From Catajapyx aquilonaris (taxonomy: Eukaryota), in the NCBI GenBank assembly GCA_000934665.2, contig JYFJ02001086.1:62001-92133 (forward strand): a stretch of DNA of 30,133 bases, read 5' to 3'. Position 1 is the first letter of the stretch; every line of letters begins with the position of its first letter. The position numbers were made by a program, and so were the translations under genes. Below, in pieces: positions 21,801 to 30,133 of the stretch. A model generated the notes under the pieces. The model searched no databases, was not told where the DNA came from, and was given only the letters and a program-made list of their open reading frames with translations.

Positions 21801-24800
21801 GTCCAGGTCAAACATTGATGAAGAAGAAAGTTTCCGGAGGGAGCACAAGAACAAAAAAAAAGAAGAAGAAGAATAAGAAAAGAAAACCCGCCTCCCCTGC
21901 CTGCTTTCCTTCCTCCGCAAAAGCAAAACGGCGAAACTAATCTCATTAGCAAGCAAAATTCCTTCGCTTGGAAGCAAGGAAGGAAGTCTTGTAGACCCAC
22001 CCAGATGATCATAATTCTGTGCCAGTCTCGTAATTCTCTCGCAAGAATCGCGGAGTCAGTGTTGAAATCACTCCCGCTGGATTTCAGGACGCGTGTGAAA
22101 TAATTATCGGGCTTCCCTCCCCTGCTGGAGTGTTGCACTATTAAGCGGATGATTCAGGCCCTGGTTTGCCATACGGTACCTTCGGATATAGGTATGGTGC
22201 GTAAGATTATTACAGACGCTTTATTATTGCCCATATTGATACAAGAGAGCAATCAAGGGGGTTCCCCACTAGGGACGAATCCCGTATCGCAAATCGAAAT
22301 GGAAGAAATATCGAATTTCTTGGAAATGTCTCCAAAAAAGGACAATCAATGTCAATATCACACACGAACATCGGAAACTGGATAGTGCACAATAACGGGT
22401 TGCACCGCCCCCAGAAAAATTTGCCAGCTGCAAAAGTGACAGAAACGTTTGTTGTTCATGTTGCTTTCTGACTACTTTTAAGCTGACATTTTTCTGGAAG
22501 AAGTGCAACTGGACTTAAATATTGCAAATCTCAAATTCGGTGCATGGGTGTGTGTATATTTACTGATCACGCGACAATGCGTCCTAGACATATCACACCC
22601 TTGTTTATAATGAAGTCAACATAGGAACGCCCTTAGAATGCATTACTAGAGGGTGTGGGTAATTACTCTGCTCTTGTGAACAAGTGCAACGTAATTAGGT
22701 CGCGATGGAGACTGCCGGATATGGGGAAACATGTGACTGAGGAGCGGTTTAGGAACGGTAGTCGGGCGTAAAAGCTTGCGGCGTGTTGGGCCGAGTGTTC
22801 GTGCTGCCGCTTAATTGGTAGGCCATCCAGCTCTTGTAATAGCAGGTGCCTGGACTTGGGATGGGGGAGTCCCAGAAAACCGGAGCGGAACTAATGGAAG
22901 GTGACAGCAGCAACGGCTTCAAGAGTAGGGGGCCCTCACCTCTCTCTGCACCACTGAGGAGGACCATCTCGGGTTCCGCAGGCTGTGGCCAACGCTTGGG
23001 TTACCCGACTAATCAGGCACCCCCTGCACACATCACCCCTGGATGGGAAAGAACTTACTTTGGTTATTAAATTGTCAAGAGTCATTTAACAGGCGGTGTT
23101 GGGGACTAATGGCCACTGAGTGTTCTTCAGTGGGGAGCGGGGGGGGGGGGGTCAGAATGTCACTCTGCCATCATCCGGCTTAAAGTCAACTCTGTTGCAA
23201 GGCAGACATGGAAGTGTTATTTTTATCCTGGCGTATGTGCGAGAATTTAAGCTTGAAGAAAGGTGTCACTCGTCTTAAGAAACCTGAATTGCTAGTTTAT
23301 AGGGGATGTGGAGGCAACACACAGCAGTGAAAAATTTGAGGTTGCTGGCATTGTCTCGAGGACATCCTTTCTCTACATATTATTTGTAGATAGGGGGAAA
23401 AACCACTATACCAAACATAGGTACACCTTTCCCAACGACTGTAGAACCGTTCCACCCACCCCACCCTCGGTCTTCCCGAAAATTACTAGCCTTCAACCCA
23501 CCCCGTCCGCTTCCCGTCCTAACACCTTGTCCTCCGTTTTTTGATCATAACAAGTAGATATTTGCATGTTGGACGTGTAATTCCAACTTCGAGAAACCGG
23601 ATGTACGGAACTTTTTTCACCTTCCTCTAGTGTGCTACGTTATCAATATTATTGTGGCCAGATAACATCGCACTTGCTGAAGATAAGATCGGAAATTAAT
23701 TTTGATCAGCAGCTGATCCATTGTTACGTCTCGGTGTAATGTCACTTCCCTTATCACTGACAGTATTACCGAATCACTGCATTTGTGTATCCGGTCCACT
23801 CACCTGAGCCACGGTAGCTGTCGATTGCAAGGATAAAAATCGGTAAATAAGCCGGTTCGCTCGACAAATTATGTAACACAACAAAATAATAGAATGTTAT
23901 GAGACTAATGGGGAGGGGGAAATGGAAAGCGTTATCACCGGCATCTTGAATTAATCGTGTCATGGTGGGAGGTGCGGGGAACAGTCTGAAATAGGCCTCT
24001 GGCCCCGTTCGGCTCCAGTACGGTACATTCAAGAGGTAACTTGGGATCTGCCCCGGGTTGCTCTCCATGGTGCTACATGATGTACATTCCTAGCTTGGAA
24101 CGCTGGCAGGCTGTATTCAGATGACTTGATCCAGTGTGTTAGAACCTTGTGGGCACCTGGGCCGGACCCTTAGACCCCATCTAGCATGAAGGTAGGCCGA
24201 AAGGTGGATGTAGTCAGGGCCAATGTGGCGGCGTTGTGGGGAAGGGGAGGTCTCGGTTGGTGCGGGCTCTGCATGCATCGGTGGCCGTCTGCTTCTGATC
24301 TCCGTCAGATAATGAGCCCACCATTGGTTACCAAGGGGTCTTAGACAATGTAGGCTTACACGGATACTCCCGCCTCTCCCCTTCCTCGACTCCACCTTAT
24401 ATCCCAGAAAAAAAAACTGGCATTGCATGCACTCTGTAACTGAAAATTTACTGTAGTTTTACAAACAAAAATGTAGGTCTCTGCGTATAGGATCGGGAAC
24501 GGTTGTGGTGGGTGAGTGAATACACAATCAGCAGGATGACAATCAAATGCAGTAACATGGTGATGGATAATTATAAGAACATCATCCAAAGTAGCCTGCA
24601 TTTTACATGATTGTCCATTTGTGAAAATTTTCATTTCATTTGGCCTGACAGTAACACATTGCGAATTAGCGACATTTTGAACTCATTTCATACAGGCACT
24701 GACCGCTCTTGTTTGTAAGTTTTAATCTAGTCAATCTGTTAATTAACCCTCCCTGGCGCGCATTACAAATTCAGCAAAAGGCTGCACCGCGACAATGTCG

Positions 24801-27248
24801 AGGGAATGAGAGATGGCACCACATAAAATTCAACTCGTGTCGTCTCAACAAGAGCAATAAAACAAGCCCCCCCTTATTGTAGACCTCTGGATGAACCGTG
24901 TGGACTAGAAACAAACGCCACCTCATAACTCCTGCGGCAGCCACCCCATCTTCCATATCCTCTTCCAGCACCTTCCTCAACCCCCAGCCAAAAGTTGCTG
25001 GCACAATAATCCAATCAGCAAGCGGGAATCCAACGTCCCATTTCCGAGACCATCAAGTCAAAACACTTGCATTAATTATTCATGTGCTTTATCTGCGGCC
25101 ATAAATGTTTCATGGCGGCCTGAGTCCGGACCCCCGGACCCCAACCTTGCCGCCATCATGAGAGAGCAGGGCCCCGGGCGCCATATTTTCCATGCAGGCC
25201 ATCAGCTAGGCCTTTTCTCCCACTCTTTCCCTGGCTAGACAGTCGGCATGTGGCTGGCAGAAAGGAGTGAGAAATCGCTTCCTTCCGACGGAGCAAGTCG
25301 TCTTGATTCGAGCTCTTCCGGCTGGCATCAAGCGATACGCATGCGCGGGAGGGACAAGATGGCTCCCAACTTGATGAGAACTTGATTCGTACACACGAGG
25401 CGGAAGAAATGTCTGGGCTGACTTTTAGAGCCGGGTCCAATATGTGATGAGATGGCGACAACAGCATCTCCAGACCATAATTCTCGCCTGGAGGGGCCTT
25501 CTTCACTCAACCCCCCACTTGTTCCGAAGCCTATACTGACGCCAGCAACAACATTCGAGCCATTTTTCTCACACTTTTTGCCCTATGGTGGGATGGAAAA
25601 TGAATGTAAAAAATTACCCTACATTGAGAGGCTCTCGGCAGAAATTGCACTTTGTGTTTTTTTGTGTATGTAAGGCGCTGATTAAAAACAGCCAGCAATG
25701 CTCTGTCACAATGTATAAACGTAGGTCCTCCAGGCCTGCGACACATGCATGGAATATACACCAGCTTTTTCAGCATTTTCCTACATCTTTTCCATTTCTG
25801 CCCCCCCCCCTACATTTCCACCTCCCCAATCATTCCTCCCCTCCCAGAAAGGCCGCACTGCTTATTGGTCTCCGGTACGGATTGGATTTCCCGGACTGAT
25901 ACAATATCACATCTGATACGTGTGTGTGGGATTGAGGGAAGGGGGAGGGCTTAATGGGATGGGAAGCTTTGGTTATTTGATGCCTTATGACATCCTTCAT
26001 CCCGTGGTGGATGTGTGTCGCCTTGTCCTCCAGGATATTGAGCGAGGGGTGGGGTGGATGGTGGGGAGACCTAGAGGTAGGGTGAAATATAGGACGGGGT
26101 CGAAAATCGAAGCGTACTTCTCTCTAGGGATAGATGGCGGTTGGGGTGGAAGGAGGGGGAGGATATCGCACATAGGACAAGGAAGCAATAATCGAAATAA
26201 GATACTGGAAAGGGAAATGACAGTCTTGGTCTTTGAGAGCAATCTTGAGCAGAAAGAAACCTTATAAGAGGGAAGAGCTTCAGATCAAATACATATAAAA
26301 CAGAGGGGAAAATGGTCCAGGATCGATTTTGGTATGGGTTGTATACCTGTTCCGGCACCAAAACATGCCTTCAAGAAACCTGTCTTTAGTAAAGCAGGTG
26401 TGCTTCGAAATCCCTATAATTTTTTTCTCAGCACCTAAACTGACAACATGGGCTACATCAACAATCCCCCCGCAAGGTTACTGCCAAAATTACCCTCGCC
26501 TTTTGATCGCTACCAGCCTCCATTCAAACCTCGCCTGATTCTTAGTTGTCAAAAAACTCAGCAGTCAATCACATGCATCCTAACGTTTGGGAAGGTTATT
26601 TTTAATCCCTTCAAGCCCCAATCCAGCCACATTTGCGGCCATATGATGATTCTTTTGACAATTTAAGAGCGTTTTCCTTTCTTTCTTTCTTTTTTTGATC
26701 AACAGGTCTTTCGTGACCAATCCTTATTTTCTTCTGGCGGCATTTTTGGTGGGGAGTGTTCCCCCTTTTTTTATGCCTTCACCTTCTGACTTTTGGCTCC
26801 ACCTCCGGGAAACAACGAAGAACATCGAAACCATTTGGAAGGTTCACAGGACGAGAAGATTGGGTACACTGAGCTTCAGCAATCGTGGGGGATTAGGTTG
26901 CCCTTTTTAGGCCCCCTTCTTCTTCTTTTTTTCTCTTCCTTTTTCAGTGGAATTGGGAAGCATGCTGCTGCCAGATCCACTGTGTATTATCTTTTATATT
27001 ACTTCCCGACCTTTGAATTATTGCCGCTCTTTAGCCCTGCTGGGCCACGTTTTTTGGGAAGAAAGAATCAATAAGTGATCCACTGTAAAATTTCAACGTC
27101 GAAAACACTGTTGTATGTTGAATTGGAATGAAATATCGAGCCTTAGCATTATAGCAATTACCAGTATTATACTTCTAATTTTCTGAAAAGTTTCTACAAA
27201 AAAGTCCCAAGTATTATGTTACTTCCTGTTAAATATACAAGATTACGT

Positions 27249-27335
27249 TGTGCGCTACAAGTTAATAAGTAATTACCCTGCCTTAAAAAGACTTGTACAC
27301 TTTGTACGCTTACAAGTTAATAAGTTATTACGCTG
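27249..27335. repeat. Imperfect direct repeat with 21-bp core TACAAGTTAATAAGTWATTAC, 55-bp spacing
   Basis: Cores at 27256-27276 and 27311-27331, with a weaker third copy (AAAGTTATTAAGTAGATTAC) near 27440-27459. Confidence 0.65.
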
Positions 27336-30133
27336 TCTCGGAAACTTTTAGTATATTGGGGTAGGCCACTTAAAAAGTTACGCTCGGAGAGGAAGATATC
27401 CCCAAAAAAACTGAGCAATTACTGCTACACTCTGTTCCAAAAGTTATTAAGTAGATTACACCGGCTTCACGTTTAATCTAGAGAGTGACTGGCGGGTAAG
27501 GACTTACCGGCTGTAACCCGCCACTCATCGCAAAACTCCACTTGTGCCGAAGTATCGAATTACATCCATTACAGTCTGTAAGTCCCAACGTCTACACGGC
27601 CCAGTAACGCGTCTCACCACTTTGATCGGGCTATCCCCGACATAAATAATTATAACGATACACTCAGCAGAGGCGGAATGTGTAATCAAACACAAGAAAA
27701 TCTGGAGCCTCCTTGACATGTAAAGTGGAAAGGCAAAAGGGGATGGGTTGAGAAACGGAAGGTTGCACGCACCGGTACCCGCAGCTCCGGTAATTAGGCG
27801 GTAGAAGGCAAAACAGGGCGCAAGATGCCAAAGAATGAATAGCTACGGGGGCCGGAGATAGCCCTTCGGCCATATTATTTGACAGCAATTACTCTCTCAA
27901 CTGCGGCCAAGATAACTCTATTAGGAGGGTAGGATTGGAACCGTGTAACAACGCCTGTCAGCGTGACTGCCGTTCTGTTGCCCCAGGCCACAACCTTTCT
28001 TTGGGGCCTCCTCGATGGGAGGATGTAGTTGAGGAACCAAGAGCCACTGGAGGGGGAGAGGGGGTTCTTCACATCCATTTTGTCACGTTTTCCGCTTTTT
28101 TATGTAAACGCTGCGTTCCACTCTGAGCGCCCATTACGCCAGTTCCAGCCTCTGTCCTTTTGGGTGCCGCCCATTTGGATGGATATTTTCTCCCCCTCTC
28201 CTGCGGGAATTAATCACACAGAGAGATCATTTGTCATCATCCAGGAACTGCGTTTATTAAGCAATTGCGACGGATGAGTGTGACAATGCAGCACGGAGAG
28301 GATGGGGTGGCTTAGAAAAAGAAAGACGCTCGTGCTCAGATAACCACTGTGCTTCACTGACTTGGTTTTGTATTAGCTGCGCCTTGGATCACCCTCTAAT
28401 CATATTGTGCCTGAAAGTACTCAGTCAAAAAAAAGTTTCAATTTTTGACAGATATAGACCTACAGTATTAGTGGAGTAGCAATAGTTTCGTTGCGCCTTG
28501 AAATATTTCTTAGCATCTTCAGCGCATATTACAAGTGTGAAGATGGTCATTGCTCGATCCCGCCTTATTCGCAGCACGTAGGAGAATTGAAGGTGGGTGA
28601 TTAGATTATTATGTAGGTGATTGTTGAGGGCATGACACCTGAACCTAGCACTAATCATGGGAACAGCCATTTTTCACAGGTTTTATTTGCGATAATGACA
28701 ACGCGAATAATGGCGTGCGAGTGACTCACTGCCCTATCTGATTATTCACCGCCCACACATCTTCACATGGTGATGAAAATGGTAGGATGGACCTAATTCC
28801 TGTCTGTGGGTGGTCTTTTCTTCGTACAGGTCTGGGCGCACATTTTTGGCGGCCTTGTAACGAAATAGGTGATGGATTAACGGGAAGTTTGCGAAATGAA
28901 ATGACTCCTCTGGCATTTTTTTTGTTGCAAGGATTTATGACGGGAGCTTGGAATGACCGTGATGGATTCACACGGTGGCATCTCTGGAGAGGTGTTGGGT
29001 TGGCGGGTTGTTGAAGACTTCTAAGAAACCGGACAGGCGGGCCAAATGTTTGCAATTTTCGTCCTTGCGCAATTCGTGCCAATTCTCGCCCCGTCTCATA
29101 CAAATCAAAAAGAGTTGGAAGGAGAAAATACAAAAAGAAAAATCGTGTGGGCCGTGCGTGTGAAGTTTCTGGTAGTGAAGAAGTGGGAGGTGGGGCCATT
29201 TTTATGGCATTTCTGGCCGAGGTGCTAAAAGCGCAGTTAAGCCAACATGCAATTTAAACGGTTAGACACCATGTTTTTAGGCCGGCTCATATTGTACCAG
29301 AGAGAGGTTCAACATCGTCCTAATTTGTTTCCCTCGGGATGACACACCACAGTTGAATTTTACAAGGTGCACCAACCGGTGAATATTATAATAAGATACA
29401 AATTACACCGAGTGCATCATCATTGATGGGCACACAAACAATGCTCGAGTGATGTGGGTTTTGACAGGACAAATTACAGCGAGGAACAATCCTCTTTACG
29501 ACATGTGCTCTAAAGCAAAACAAAGGGTTGCTCAAGTGGGAAGGAAGAGCCGTCAGGTCTTAACTGGAACCAATTTATAAGCCCAAAAAATAGGAATATA
29601 AGATGGTATAAGACCTATCTGGGCCTTGATCAAACTGGGGGTCCATTAGGTTACCACTGAAGCCGACGAATAGCAAATGCAACTTTTATGAAGCTCCTAT
29701 CATCCATGTCGATCTATACAGGCCTCCTTCCCATCCGTGCAGGTTAAAGAAACCATAAAAAGGAAAAGGCCGACAAGAGATCATTTTCCCGGGAGCCTCA
29801 ACAAAATATTTGTTTCCTCAGGTCCGCACCACTCGCCGGTTAATTGGTGATACCTGTAACAATCCAGAAACTGGAGGCCACATAACGACCACCTTTTCTC
29901 TTGAAAAATCCAGCACCTGTGGGCCAGTCCAAGAACTTTCTCCTGGCCGTGGATTCCACCTTTGTGATGTCCCAGAAGGAAACTGTTCTGCGGGTGCCTG
30001 ACCATTCAAAGCAGGATTGGATGGAAACTCAGGCCGTGTTGCTTATGGCTTCCAAATAGAATCCTGAGAGAGCGAGCCTGTTAGAGTGTCAAGTGTCGGA
30101 ATTGAACTGCGGGGATGGGAGGAGGAGGAGGAG

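Larger units (their letters stand above)
3173..30133 (+). other. Inferred very long intron (>27 kb, continuing past the window end)
   Basis: It starts at the phase-1 donor at 3173. None of the strong + strand acceptors I translated (about 4730, 5745, 8091, 13537, 26947, 28829, 29821) gives a convincing protein continuation. It contains simple repeats, a TE remnant and a tRNA. Inference; a small missed exon cannot be excluded. Confidence 0.5.

Noticed and set aside
21572..22138. 188-aa minus-strand ORF
   Set aside because: It has a non-ATG start, its hydrophobic stretch derives from an A/GAA simple repeat, and it has no recognisable motifs or convincing splice boundaries.
24742..24752. TTAACCCT piggyBac-like terminus
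   Set aside because: No matching inverted terminus was found downstream and there is no transposase relic.
28726..29199. 157-aa minus-strand ORF and neighbouring ORFs
   Set aside because: No domain-like features, and the composition is typical of translated non-coding DNA.

Overview
This is eukaryotic DNA of moderate GC content, probably animal and arthropod-like (inference). It has no gene-dense, operon-like or CRISPR organisation. The one convincing coding segment is a 490-nt + strand exon (2683-3172) encoding a signal-peptide-like, Pro/Ser/Thr-rich protein segment with polyproline and CxxCxW motifs; a candidate start exon lies at 1247-1291. No convincing next coding exon was found, so the remaining ~27 kb is best read as one very long intron (inference). 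That stretch contains an intact but slightly atypical tRNA-Pro(CGG) gene (17444-17515), a Tc1/mariner 3' remnant just after it, an AT-rich island with a palindromic 33-bp minisatellite, microsatellites and G-tract clusters. The most interesting signal is a textbook recursive-splicing (ratchet-point) site: polypyrimidine tract-CAG|GTGAGT at 18833/18834, followed by a 69-nt frame-preserving cryptic exon. Nearly all listed short ORFs look spurious. I did not find evidence for a wholly new multi-gene system.
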